DNA from: Candidatus Woesebacteria bacterium
Lineage (GTDB): Bacteria; Patescibacteriota; Microgenomatia; UBA8517
NCBI GenBank assembly: GCA_003484955.1
Contig: DMZH01000001.1
Span: forward strand, 87,848 to 151,847
Length of the DNA: 64,000 nucleotides
Reading direction: 5' to 3'
Shown: positions 1 to 8,485 of the stretch, piece after piece
How the letters are laid out: every line of letters starts with the position of its first letter
How positions within the stretch are numbered: position 1 is the stretch's first letter
Position numbers and translations under genes: made by a program
The notes under the pieces: generated by a model
What the model was told of the DNA's origin: nothing
Databases searched by the model: none
What the model saw: the letters and a program-made list of their open reading frames with translations, nothing else

Positions 1-295
1 AGTACATTCGTCCGCCTCTTAAGGTCACACTAAGCCCTACCGGCATTCCCGCACGAAGCGAGAAAGAGGCAATTGACACTTTTGCGTTGCGAACTGATGG
101 GGCTTGTCCTGTAATCGTCGCCAAATCCTTTTTCAAAGCATCTGTTTGTTGCTGGTTTTTTGAAAGATTTCCTATTCCTACATTAACAACAACTTTTTCA
201 ACTTTCGGAATTGCAAACGTATTTTTAGTACCAAACTCCTTGGCTAAAACATTCTTAACCTTTTTTTCGTATTTTTCCTGTAATCTTGTTATCAT
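1..295 (-). CDS. rplE: 50S ribosomal protein L5 (3' part beyond window start)
   Basis: Not in the ORF track. Hand translation from ATG at 295 gives MITRLQEKYEKKVKNVLAKEFGTKNTFAIPKVEKVVVNVGIG..., the L5 N-terminus. It follows rplX as in the spc operon. Confidence 0.95.
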   Translation of the reverse strand, partial: MITRLQEKYEKKVKNVLAKEFGTKNTFAIPKVEKVVVNVGIGNLSKNQQQTDALKKDLATITGQAPSVRNAKVSIASFSLRAGMPVGLSVTLRGGRMY

Positions 296-299
296 AACT

Positions 300-614
300 T
301 TATTTTGTATCCATTTCCTTTCCGCATTTTTTACATATTCTGACCTTTTCTTCGCCTGCAAATTTAAACCCTACTCTTGTCATTTTTTTACATTTAGGAC
401 AAATAATGGCAATTTTACCAAAACCCAATGGTCTTGGAATATCATAAATTCCACCTTTTACATCGCCAAATCCTTTGACGTGTTTTTTGTAAAGGTTAAC
501 TCCGGGAATCAGGGCTTTTAACTCGCCAGATAGAATTTTTTCAATTTTACCCTCTCTCCCTTTGTCTTTTCCTGCCGTTATTTTGACTGTATCTCCTATT
601 TTAAATTTCAACAT
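300..614 (-). CDS. rplX: 50S ribosomal protein L24 (CxxC..CxxC zinc-type)
   Basis: KIGDTVKITAGKDKGREG KOW motif; CPKC and CKKC; operon position. Confidence 0.97.
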   Translation of the reverse strand: MLKFKIGDTVKITAGKDKGREGKIEKILSGELKALIPGVNLYKKHVKGFGDVKGGIYDIPRPLGFGKIAIICPKCKKMTRVGFKFAGEEKVRICKKCGKEMDTK

Positions 615-650
615 ATTTTTATTTACAACTTCATAAGTTGCAAGCTTTGC

Positions 651-1016
651 TTATACTACTTCGCGGGCAAGCGATGCTATTTTATTGTAGCCTGCTTCTT
701 TAATTTCCCTTGCGATGGGTCCCAAAATCCTGGTCCCTCTGGGAAGTCCCTGCTTATCGATTACAACACCTGCATTATCATCAAATCTGATATAACTTCC
801 GTCTTTTCTTCTAACTTCTTTGTGAGTTCTGACTATGAGAATTTTGACTTTCTCGTGATCGGCGACGACTCCTGCCGGATCCGCATCTTTTACAACTCCA
901 AGAACCACATCTCCCAAAGTGGCAAATCTACCGACTCTGCCGGGAACGCCAATAATCATTATTCTCTTAGCACCGCTATTGTCTGCCGGAACCAACATTG
1001 TTCTTAGTTGTACCAT
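651..1016 (-). CDS. rplN: 50S ribosomal protein L14
   Basis: ADNSGAK, IRFDDNA, PRGTRILGPIAREI motifs. Confidence 0.98.
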   Translation of the reverse strand: MVQLRTMLVPADNSGAKRIMIIGVPGRVGRFATLGDVVLGVVKDADPAGVVADHEKVKILIVRTHKEVRRKDGSYIRFDDNAGVVIDKQGLPRGTRILGPIAREIKEAGYNKIASLAREVV

Positions 1017-1040
1017 TGTTTTATCATAAATAAGCTTTGC

Positions 1041-1289
1041 TTATTTTTTAACCTCCTTTTTATCACCAACCACCTGCACAATTTTCCATTTTTTAGATTT
1101 GGAGTAAGGTTTGCTGTCCGCAAACTTCACAACATCGCCCACCTTAACTCCAATTTCATCATGAACTTGATATTTAGTTGACCTTACAAACCTCTTTTTA
1201 TAAATCGGGTGTATTTTCATTCTCTCCACGGCAACAGTTGCAGTCTTTGCCTGTTTGACTCCGATTACTTTACCGTTAAAAATTTTCAT
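1041..1289 (-). CDS. rpsQ: 30S ribosomal protein S17
   Basis: KTATVAVE..HPIYKK..KYQVHDE..GDVV..PYSKSKKW. Confidence 0.97.
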   Translation of the reverse strand: MKIFNGKVIGVKQAKTATVAVERMKIHPIYKKRFVRSTKYQVHDEIGVKVGDVVKFADSKPYSKSKKWKIVQVVGDKKEVKK

Positions 1290-1301
1290 AATATTTTATA
1301 G

Positions 1302-1565
1302 TTATTTAGTTTTTTTCTCCTGTCCATCCGAAACCTCGGCGGGGGAGGATTTTAGTTGCAAACTCTCAATTATTTCTTTTTCACGAACCAGGGTTAGTAT
1401 TTTAGCAATTTCCTTGGCTAAATTCTTGCGCACTTTCAAATTTTTCTCTTTTCCACCAAGCATCTTCATTTTTGCTTTTTCTGCTTCAAGTTTTTTTTCC
1501 AAAGCAATTTTTTCCAACCCCTGTATGTTTTTTCCTCTTAAATCGTTAAATTCTTTTCTTTTCAT
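1302..1565 (-). CDS. rpmC: 50S ribosomal protein L29 with C-terminal extension
   Basis: Lies between rplP and rpsQ; helical L29 pattern (NL..RK..AK.IAKILT); about 20 extra C-terminal residues containing a palindrome-derived peptide. Confidence 0.9.
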   Translation of the reverse strand: MKRKEFNDLRGKNIQGLEKIALEKKLEAEKAKMKMLGGKEKNLKVRKNLAKEIAKILTLVREKEIIESLQLKSSPAEVSDGQEKKTK

Positions 1566-1567
1566 TG

Positions 1568-1981
1568 TTATTTTCCCCCCCTGCTGACTACTTTTATGTC
1601 GATAGGTAGCTTTGCGGAAGCTTTCCTAAATGCTTCCCTAATTGCCCCTTCTTCGGCACCTGCAACCTCAAAAAGGATAAATCCTGGTTTAACAACCGCA
1701 ACATAGGTTGAGATATCTCCTTTTCCTCCACCCATTCTTTTTCCTGCGGGGCGACTTGTGATTGGTTTATCCGGAAAAACTCTGACCCAAACTCTTCCGC
1801 CTCTTTTCAAAGAGTGTGTAATCGTTCTTCTGGCTGACTCAATTTGAGCAGAAGTTATCCAAGCAACTTCTTGCGCTTTCATTGCATAGTCTCCGAATGA
1901 AATCGAATTTCCACGGGTAGCAGCACCTCTACGTCTACCTCTAAAATCTTTTATGTATTTTCTTCTTTTTGGTTGCAACAT
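1568..1981 (-). CDS. rplP: 50S ribosomal protein L16
   Basis: MLQPKRRKY, QIESARR, RVFPDKP, RMGGGKG. Confidence 0.98.
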   Translation of the reverse strand: MLQPKRRKYIKDFRGRRRGAATRGNSISFGDYAMKAQEVAWITSAQIESARRTITHSLKRGGRVWVRVFPDKPITSRPAGKRMGGGKGDISTYVAVVKPGFILFEVAGAEEGAIREAFRKASAKLPIDIKVVSRGGK

Positions 1982-1989
1982 TTTTTTGA

Positions 1990-2643
1990 TTAGGCTTCAG
2001 CCTTTTTATGTATCCACACCTTAACTCCCACATATCCTCTTTTTAAAAGTGCCGGAACCTGAGCATAGTCTATATTCTCGCGCAAAGTCTGGGACGGAAC
2101 CGATCCTTGATGAAATTTCTCGACACGGGATATTTCGGCACCATTTATACGGCCTGCCAAAACCACTTTTATTCCCAGAGCTCCTGACGCCATAACTCTC
2201 TCAATTGCTTTTTGAACTGCACGTCTGTGGGGAATTCTTCTCTCCATCTCGCTAACAATTCTTTCTGCAACTAAATACGCCGAAAGTTCGGGACTTTTGA
2301 CCTCATTAATTCGGATATCAATTTTAAGATCTTTAACTGTCTTTTTCCTGACATCATTCATGATTCCTAAAATATACTTTTTAACATCTTCAATTCCGGT
2401 TCCCCCTCTGCCGATTACAACACCCGGACGGCTTACTGTAATCGTAACAACAATACTTTTTGGCGACCTTTCAATTTCAACTCCTGTAATTCCGGCGAGT
2501 TTAAGCTTTTTAGTCAGTTCCTTTCTTATCCTGATATCCTCAATCAAAAACTGTTTAAAGCTGTTGTTATCAGCAAACCACCTTGATTTCCAAGGAAGAA
2601 AAGTGCCAATTCTGAAACCGGTTGGGTTAACTTTTTGCCCCAT
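1990..2643 (-). CDS. rpsC: 30S ribosomal protein S3
   Basis: MGQKVNPTGFR, RPGVVIGRGG KH motif, GRINGAEI, TLRENIDY. Confidence 0.98.
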   Translation of the reverse strand: MGQKVNPTGFRIGTFLPWKSRWFADNNSFKQFLIEDIRIRKELTKKLKLAGITGVEIERSPKSIVVTITVSRPGVVIGRGGTGIEDVKKYILGIMNDVRKKTVKDLKIDIRINEVKSPELSAYLVAERIVSEMERRIPHRRAVQKAIERVMASGALGIKVVLAGRINGAEISRVEKFHQGSVPSQTLRENIDYAQVPALLKRGYVGVKVWIHKKAEA

Positions 2644-3052
2644 TTTTTTCTCCTTTCTCTTTTACCTCAATTTTTTCTGTCTTTTCGACAACGACGGGTT
2701 TTTCTACGGTCATTAACACGACCCTGATATGGCTCATTCTTCTTTTGAAGGGATGCCACATGCCGCGGCTGACGGGTTTGCCTCTTTTGAGACGGGGCCC
2801 TTCACCGATTTGAATTTCTTTGAAAACCAAATCCGTATCAGAAACTCCTTGAGCTTTAGCTGCGGCAATCGCGCTTTTGATCACTTTACTAAGATCCCCC
2901 GCTGCCCTTTTTTGTACAAAAGGCAATTTTTCAACGGCTTCCGCCGGCTTCATTTTCTTGATTACCCCAACAACAAGCCTTACTTTCCTGGGGCTCATCA
3001 ATAAATATTTTTGTATTGCTTTAAATTCTTTTTGATTATTCATATTCTTCAT
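2627..3052 (-). CDS. rplV: 50S ribosomal protein L22
   Basis: SPRKVRLV, GEGPRLKR, RMSHIRVVL. Confidence 0.97.
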   Translation of the reverse strand: MKNMNNQKEFKAIQKYLLMSPRKVRLVVGVIKKMKPAEAVEKLPFVQKRAAGDLSKVIKSAIAAAKAQGVSDTDLVFKEIQIGEGPRLKRGKPVSRGMWHPFKRRMSHIRVVLMTVEKPVVVEKTEKIEVKEKGEKNGAKS

Positions 3053-3053
3053 G

Positions 3054-3335
3054 TTAGGTCTTATCCATTGTGCGCTTTACAATTTCTCCATGTCCTCTAA
3101 ATGTTCTTGTGGGTGAAAATTCTCCAAGTCTGTGACCAACCATATCCTCAGTTACAAAAACATCAATAAAAATATGTCCGTTATGAACCTGGAAATATTT
3201 ACCGACAAAATCCGGTGAAATTTGACACCTTCTTGACCACGTCTTAATAGAACTTTCTTTAAGTCCCATTCCTTTTTCAACTTTTTTAACTAGTATCGGG
3301 TCTACAAAAGGCCCTTTTTTAGAACTTCTTGCCAT
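3054..3335 (-). CDS. rpsS: 30S ribosomal protein S19
   Basis: [34 protein letters not shown]. Confidence 0.98.
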   Translation of the reverse strand: MARSSKKGPFVDPILVKKVEKGMGLKESSIKTWSRRCQISPDFVGKYFQVHNGHIFIDVFVTEDMVGHRLGEFSPTRTFRGHGEIVKRTMDKT

Positions 3336-3336
3336 A

Positions 3337-4089
3337 TTAGCCTAGTACTGATTTTCCTCCTCTTCTTTGAATTATCAAACGATTGGAATATCTCTTTTTC
3401 CCTCTGGTTTTTCCGACTGCGCGTCTCCCGTAAACAGTCTTCGGGTATTTCATTCCGACACTACTTCTTCCTTCTCCTCCTCCGTGCGGATGGGAATGTG
3501 GGTTCATGGCTACTCCACGGACGCTTGGGCGGATTCCCTTGTGTCTGTTTCTTCCGGCTTTTCCAATGACTTTATTTTTGGACTCAACATTTCCGATTTG
3601 ACCTATTTCCGCCATACATTCCGGATCAAACCTTCTTATCTCTCCCGACGGAAGCTTAACCAAAACCCACTTATCTTCTTTTCCAAAAACCACTGCCACG
3701 CTTCCTGCCCCTTTAACTATCTGGCCACCTTTACCCTTTGTCAGTTCTATATTGTGAACCGGGGTTCCTACCGGAATGGCTTTAAGAGAAAGTGCGTTTC
3801 CCGACTCGGTAGGAGCAACTTCCGAAGCTATAACTTTTGATCCTACACCAAGCCCTACAGGGCAAAGAATATAACACCTTTCTCCATCCTCGTATAATAT
3901 CAGAGCTATATCTGCATTTCTATTGGGATCGTATTCTATTTTCTCAACAACTCCCCAGATGTCTTTCTTGCTTCTCCTGAAATCAATGGTGCGCAAAAAT
4001 CTTTTTTCACGACCACCCTGATGCCTTACGGTAACTACTCCGTGAGATCTGCCCGATTTTTTAGCCAGAATTCTTTTAAATGCTTTCAT
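3337..4089 (-). CDS. rplB: 50S ribosomal protein L2 (250 aa, short N-terminus)
   Basis: [33 protein letters not shown]. Confidence 0.98.
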   Translation of the reverse strand: MKAFKRILAKKSGRSHGVVTVRHQGGREKRFLRTIDFRRSKKDIWGVVEKIEYDPNRNADIALILYEDGERCYILCPVGLGVGSKVIASEVAPTESGNALSLKAIPVGTPVHNIELTKGKGGQIVKGAGSVAVVFGKEDKWVLVKLPSGEIRRFDPECMAEIGQIGNVESKNKVIGKAGRNRHKGIRPSVRGVAMNPHSHPHGGGEGRSSVGMKYPKTVYGRRAVGKTRGKKRYSNRLIIQRRGGKSVLG

Positions 4090-4103
4090 TAGTATTTTAT
4101 TGC

Positions 4104-4379
4104 TTATTTCTTACCCTCTTCAAAAACATCGATTTTATCACCACTTTTAAGCGTCACTATTGCTTTTTTGGCCATTCCGACTGAAAATTTTCTACCTTTG
4201 GCATTTTTACCTTTTTCGGGACCGGTTTTTGTGGTTCTGACTGCGGTTACTTTTACATCAAAAAGTTGCTCAACTTTGACAGCAATTTGTTTCTTATTCA
4301 TATGGTTATCAACCCTGAAAGTGTAGTTCCCGAGTTTTGCTTCTCTTAAGCTTTTTTCTGTAAAAATTGGTTTCAACAT
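4104..4379 (-). CDS. rplW: 50S ribosomal protein L23
   Basis: PIFTEK, YTFRV, LFDVKV, KKAIVTL. Confidence 0.97.
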   Translation of the reverse strand: MLKPIFTEKSLREAKLGNYTFRVDNHMNKKQIAVKVEQLFDVKVTAVRTTKTGPEKGKNAKGRKFSVGMAKKAIVTLKSGDKIDVFEEGKK

Positions 4380-4381
4380 AT

Positions 4382-5044
4382 TTATTTTTGTTTAGCTTTC
4401 TTTTCAGTCTTTACTACTTCAGCGACTTTACTGTCCTTATCTGCCTTAAATATTTCGTTATCCATTACAATCATTCCACCTCTATAAATATCAAGTGCGT
4501 TTGAATCTTTGTAAAAAATGGCTTTTGCGTGCACCAAATTTCTTAAAGCTTTGACAGCTTCTTTAGATTTTTCGGAAAGTACAAATGTAAACCTTTTGGC
4601 GCCCGTAGCCTTAGTAAGGGCTTTAACAAGTTCCTCTGCGGCCTTCGTTTTATCCAATTTTGCTACCCCAGAAACAAAAACTATCTGTTTTTCTTCCGCC
4701 TTCATCGCAAAGGCAAAAATCCTAGCTTTACTTTTGATGTCGTTTGGAAGATTTAACACCCTTCGGATAGGCCTTGGGCCGAGAGCTACTCCTCCACCGA
4801 CAAAGATAGGTGCACGGCGGCTTCCGTGACGGGCACCTCCGGTTCCTTTTTGTTTGTAAAGTTTTTTGGAAGTTCTGTTTACTTCTGACCTGGTCTTTGT
4901 TTTTCTAAGTCCAACATGAGCTCTTTCTTCATAGACATGAATTGCTTGAGCCAAAAGTGGAAGGTTGACTTTTTGATCAAACTCTTTGGGTAAACCCGCG
5001 TCTTCACTTTTAGTTCCTTTAATTGTAAATGTTTGTATTTTCAT
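4382..5044 (-). CDS. rplD: 50S ribosomal protein L4
   Basis: TKTRSEV..KLYKQKGTGGARHGS..PIFVGGGVALGP. Confidence 0.98.
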   Translation of the reverse strand: MKIQTFTIKGTKSEDAGLPKEFDQKVNLPLLAQAIHVYEERAHVGLRKTKTRSEVNRTSKKLYKQKGTGGARHGSRRAPIFVGGGVALGPRPIRRVLNLPNDIKSKARIFAFAMKAEEKQIVFVSGVAKLDKTKAAEELVKALTKATGAKRFTFVLSEKSKEAVKALRNLVHAKAIFYKDSNALDIYRGGMIVMDNEIFKADKDSKVAEVVKTEKKAKQK

Positions 5045-5068
5045 AATTTTAGATCTATTTAAGCTTTC

Positions 5069-5848
5069 TTATTCCTTAACCTCCTCTGCCTTCGACGCCT
5101 CTGCTTTAGGAGCTTCTGTAGGACGGTCTTGGCCCTCTGCAGCTTCTTCAGTAACGGCAGCGGCCTCTCCTTCAACAACCTGTGCAACCGTCTCTTTTTC
5201 AAGGTCTTTGAGGCTTCCCGATTTGATCTTTTTGATTGTTATGACGGAACCGGTTGTACCGGGGATCTGACCGGAAATCTCAATTTCACCGTTTTCGGAA
5301 TTGATTGAAATTACATGCAAATTTTTAATGGTTACACCTTCTCCTCCCATTCTTCCCGCCATTTTCTTTCCTTTATAAACTCTTCCTGGAGTGGTTGTTT
5401 GTCCAATGGACCCCGGAGCACGCTCCCTATCGGATTGTCCGTGGGTTCTGGGACCGCCCCTAAAGTGATGTTTCTTAACAACTCCCGCAAATCCTTTTCC
5501 CTTTGAAACTCCGGTTACAGAAACAACATCACCGCGTTTAAATATATCTGAGGCATTTACCACATCTCCTACTTTAAATTCAGGTTCTTTATCAAACCTA
5601 ACCTCTCGTAAGATTCTTGGAAATTTTTTGTCTTTTGATGTTTCTTTAAGGTGTCCTTGAAGTGATTTTGAAGTATTTTTTGCTCTTCTTGAGGAAAAAC
5701 CGAGTTGTACTGCGAAGTATCCGTCCTTGTCCATTTTTTTAATTTGCGTCACGACACAAGGACCCGCGGATACTTTAGTAACGGGAATTCTAAACCCTTC
5801 TACAAAGGTTTGAGAACAAACTCCTTTTAATCCTAAAATTGTATTCAT
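5069..5848 (-). CDS. rplC: 50S ribosomal protein L3 (start revised to ATG 5848; acidic C-terminal tail)
   Basis: MNTILGLKG..DGYFAVQLG..SKGKGFAG..THG..PGRVYKGKKMAG. The 29 extra codons in the ORF track run through a terminator-like leader. Confidence 0.97.
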   Translation of the reverse strand: MNTILGLKGVCSQTFVEGFRIPVTKVSAGPCVVTQIKKMDKDGYFAVQLGFSSRRAKNTSKSLQGHLKETSKDKKFPRILREVRFDKEPEFKVGDVVNASDIFKRGDVVSVTGVSKGKGFAGVVKKHHFRGGPRTHGQSDRERAPGSIGQTTTPGRVYKGKKMAGRMGGEGVTIKNLHVISINSENGEIEISGQIPGTTGSVITIKKIKSGSLKDLEKETVAQVVEGEAAAVTEEAAEGQDRPTEAPKAEASKAEEVKE

Positions 5849-5897
5849 AATTTTGGTTTTGGAACCCCTCGACCAATGTTCGGGGTCATTAAACAAC

Positions 5898-5920
5898 AAA
5901 AAAGCGCCTCTGAAAGGCGC
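5898..5920 (-). terminator. Intrinsic terminator/attenuator hairpin in the rplC leader
   Basis: Minus strand reads GCGCCT-TTCAG-AGGCGC followed by TTTTTT. Confidence 0.7.
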
Positions 5921-5999
5921 CATTCGGTGGGGCATCCTTGCAAAGACTCTAATTATCGTGGCTGATATCTATCATAACCACACTCATGTTATGAGGGGA

Positions 6000-6028
6000 A
6001 TTATAACAGAAGTTAAGATCCTTCGCAA
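6000..6028 (-). promoter_or_regulatory. Sigma70 promoter for the rplC operon
   Basis: Minus strand TTGCGA-N17-TATAAT with extended -10 TG. Confidence 0.75.
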
Positions 6029-6029
6029 G

Positions 6030-6254
6030 CTAAGAAGCGGGCCCTTCCAAAAGCTCAATGATGAACCTTCTTCTGACAATTTCCTCAGCTGCAAGCCAAT
6101 CCTGTTCAGGCGTTCCTTTCGTCCCACTTGCAACTCTTTTTAGGTAGATTCCAAACGCTTGAATGGCAACTTCACTATCGCAACCTAGATATTTCTCCCA
6201 AGATAAACGTTTTTCGACATACTCTTTGGCTCCATTAGGCAGCTCTTTCTCCAT
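6030..6254 (-). CDS. Small DUF2934-like protein
   Basis: AFGIY..R...G..G.PEQDWLAAE resembles the DUF2934 signature (AY..W...G....DW..AE). Confidence 0.6.
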   Translation of the reverse strand: MEKELPNGAKEYVEKRLSWEKYLGCDSEVAIQAFGIYLKRVASGTKGTPEQDWLAAEEIVRRRFIIELLEGPAS

Positions 6255-6309
6255 GAATAATTCATTAAAAACTTATTTATCGAAAAAGACAAGAATGTGT
6301 ATGGAGTTA

Positions 6310-6852
6310 TTAAAGGGTGTATTCCCAACCAGGTTGCCAAGAGTGAGTTTTACGCCAATCCTCCGCAAAAGCCTGTTCCCAAGTTTTCCCTTTAATTAAA
6401 ACGTCTAAAGCCAATTGGGGAGCTTTGTGGGCAACAATCGCAACATTTTTACCGTCATAGTCTTTTTTAAGAAAATCCAAGAAGTTAGCAATTCTTACTT
6501 TTACGTTTTCATAGCTTTCCCCGTTAGGAAATCTTTCAACAATGTGGGTTTCCTGTAGTGGTTCGACAATTTCGGAAGGTTTTCCATTAAAATCTCCATA
6601 ATTACACTCCCTAAGACGCGGGTCCGAAATAATTTCATATAAGTCCTTAAAGCTCAATTCTGCCGAATGTACGGCTCTTTTTAGATCAGAACAAAAAACT
6701 ACATCAAATTTTTTATCCTTCACCTGGTCTTTTAGAGTAATCGATTGTTCGACTCCTTTTGGAGAAATATCTACATCTTTCCAACCTGAAGAAATATCCT
6801 GTTCATTATCGAAGGTCGTCCCGTGAACAAAGTAAATAATTTCTACGGACAT
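6310..6852 (-). CDS. Histidine phosphatase / phosphoglycerate mutase family protein
   Basis: HG.T.DN, SDLKRA, DPRLRECNYG, FPNGES, IVAH motifs. The canonical RHG appears as VHG. Confidence 0.88.
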   Translation of the reverse strand: MSVEIIYFVHGTTFDNEQDISSGWKDVDISPKGVEQSITLKDQVKDKKFDVVFCSDLKRAVHSAELSFKDLYEIISDPRLRECNYGDFNGKPSEIVEPLQETHIVERFPNGESYENVKVRIANFLDFLKKDYDGKNVAIVAHKAPQLALDVLIKGKTWEQAFAEDWRKTHSWQPGWEYTL

Positions 6853-6854
6853 AT

Positions 6855-7160
6855 TTACATCTTTATCTCAATGGAAACTCCGGCCGGGAGGTCAAGATTT
6901 CCAAGAGAATCAACTGTACGGGCTGAGGGGTCAATAATATCAATAAGTCTTTTGTGCACCAAAACTTCGTAGTGTTCCTGTGCGTCTTTATCTGTAAATG
7001 GGGATTCCTTAATGGCCATCATAGTGCGTGCTGTTGGGAGCGGGATCGGACCAACTATTTTTGCACCAGTAGCTAGAGCGGTATCAACTATTTTTGCTGC
7101 CGCTTCGTCCAGTACTCTATGATCGTAACTTTTGAGTTTTACTCTGAGTCTGCTTGCCAT
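6855..7160 (-). CDS. rpsJ: 30S ribosomal protein S10
   Basis: KSYDHRVLD, GPIPLPT, HKRLIDI, LPAGV. Confidence 0.98.
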   Translation of the reverse strand: MASRLRVKLKSYDHRVLDEAAAKIVDTALATGAKIVGPIPLPTARTMMAIKESPFTDKDAQEHYEVLVHKRLIDIIDPSARTVDSLGNLDLPAGVSIEIKM

Positions 7161-7192
7161 TTAGGTTAATGTGCTTACGCCACATTGGCGCA

Positions 7193-8386
7193 TTATTTGA
7201 TTATCTTGGTTATAACTCCGTCACCTACTGTGTGTCCACCCTCTCTGATTGCGAATCTGAACCCTTCTTCCATAGCCACGGGTTGGATAAGTTTAACGTT
7301 CATTTTAGCGTTGTCCCCAGGCATAACCATTTCAATTCCCTCCGGAAGAGTTGCTTCACCCGTAATATCAGCTGTCTTAATGTAAAATTGAGGCTTGTAA
7401 CCAGTAAAGAACGGTGTGTGGCGTCCCCCTTCTTCTTTGCTCAAAATATAAACTTCAGCTTCAAATTCGGTGTGAGGGGTAAGGCTTCCTGACTTGGCCA
7501 AAACTTGACCTCGTTCAACCTGATCTTTTTCAATACCCCTTAAAAGTATACCAACGTTGTCACCCGCTTGAGCCTCATCCAGAGTCTTTCTGAACATTTC
7601 AAGACCGGTTACAACTGATTTTTGAGTGGCTTTAAGTCCAACTATTTCAATCTCTTCATTAACTTTGATAACTCCACGGTCAACCCTACCGGTAACAACC
7701 GTTCCACGGCCTTGAATCGTGAACACATCCTCAACTGCCATAAGGAAAGGTTTGTCTATTTCACGAACGGGATCGGGAATATATGTGTCAACCGCATCCA
7801 TAAGAGCCTGTATTTGTTTTTCAGCATCCGCATCGCCCTCAATAGCCTTAAGAGCTGAACCCTTGATAACCGGTACCTCATCTCCCGGATAACCGTATTT
7901 CTTAAGAAGTTCTCTGACATCGGCTTCAACTAAGTCTATGAGTTCGGGGTCGCTTACCATGTCAACTTTATTGAGGAACACAACAATTGCCGGAACATTG
8001 ACCTGTTTGGCTAAAATTACGTGCTCACGTGTTTGAGGCATTGGTCCATCCGCTGCGGAAACAACCAAGATTGCTCCATCCATCTGAGCCGCACCGGTGA
8101 TCATGTTTTTAATGTAGTCTGCATGGCCCGGAGCATCAATGTGGGCATAATGCCTTTTTGTTGTTTGATATTCCTGATGAGAAAGATTAATTGTAACTCC
8201 TCTTTCTTTTTCTTCCGGAGCTGAATCAATATCTTCGTATTTCTTGGCAACTGCCAAACCTTGTTTGGCCAAAACCATAGTAATGGCGGAGGTTAAAGTG
8301 GTTTTACCATGATCAACGTGACCAATGGTACCGATATTTACATGCGGTTTTGTTCTTTCGTATTTTTGTTTAGCTTCGCCTGCCAT
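7193..8386 (-). CDS. tuf: Elongation factor Tu
   Basis: [32 protein letters not shown]. Confidence 0.99.
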   Translation of the reverse strand: MAGEAKQKYERTKPHVNIGTIGHVDHGKTTLTSAITMVLAKQGLAVAKKYEDIDSAPEEKERGVTINLSHQEYQTTKRHYAHIDAPGHADYIKNMITGAAQMDGAILVVSAADGPMPQTREHVILAKQVNVPAIVVFLNKVDMVSDPELIDLVEADVRELLKKYGYPGDEVPVIKGSALKAIEGDADAEKQIQALMDAVDTYIPDPVREIDKPFLMAVEDVFTIQGRGTVVTGRVDRGVIKVNEEIEIVGLKATQKSVVTGLEMFRKTLDEAQAGDNVGILLRGIEKDQVERGQVLAKSGSLTPHTEFEAEVYILSKEEGGRHTPFFTGYKPQFYIKTADITGEATLPEGIEMVMPGDNAKMNVKLIQPVAMEEGFRFAIREGGHTVGDGVITKIIK

Positions 8387-8447
8387 ACTTGTTAATTATA
8401 TATTTTCTTTGAAAAAACACAAGGGCAAACAGCCCTCGTTGATTGGT

Positions 8448-8477
8448 ATTATAACTGAAGCTAAAAAGCTATGTCAA
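8448..8477 (-). promoter_or_regulatory. Sigma70 promoter for tuf-rpsJ
   Basis: Minus strand TTGACA-N18-TATAAT (consensus hexamers), followed by the hairpin GAGGGC-TGTTT-GCCCTT. Confidence 0.8.
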
Positions 8478-8485
8478 CAAGCATC

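Noticed and set aside
87-521. 144-aa + strand ORF
   Set aside because: It is antisense to rplX and the partial rplE, which explain the sequence.
5849-5935. 29-codon N-terminal extension of L3 in the ORF track
   Set aside because: It runs through the terminator hairpin. L3 similarity starts at MNTILG (5848). A leader-peptide role cannot be fully excluded.
7214-7228. EF-Tu C-terminal TVGDG instead of TVGAG
   Set aside because: A single-base difference (GAC vs GCC) that cannot be told from a sequencing error without reads.
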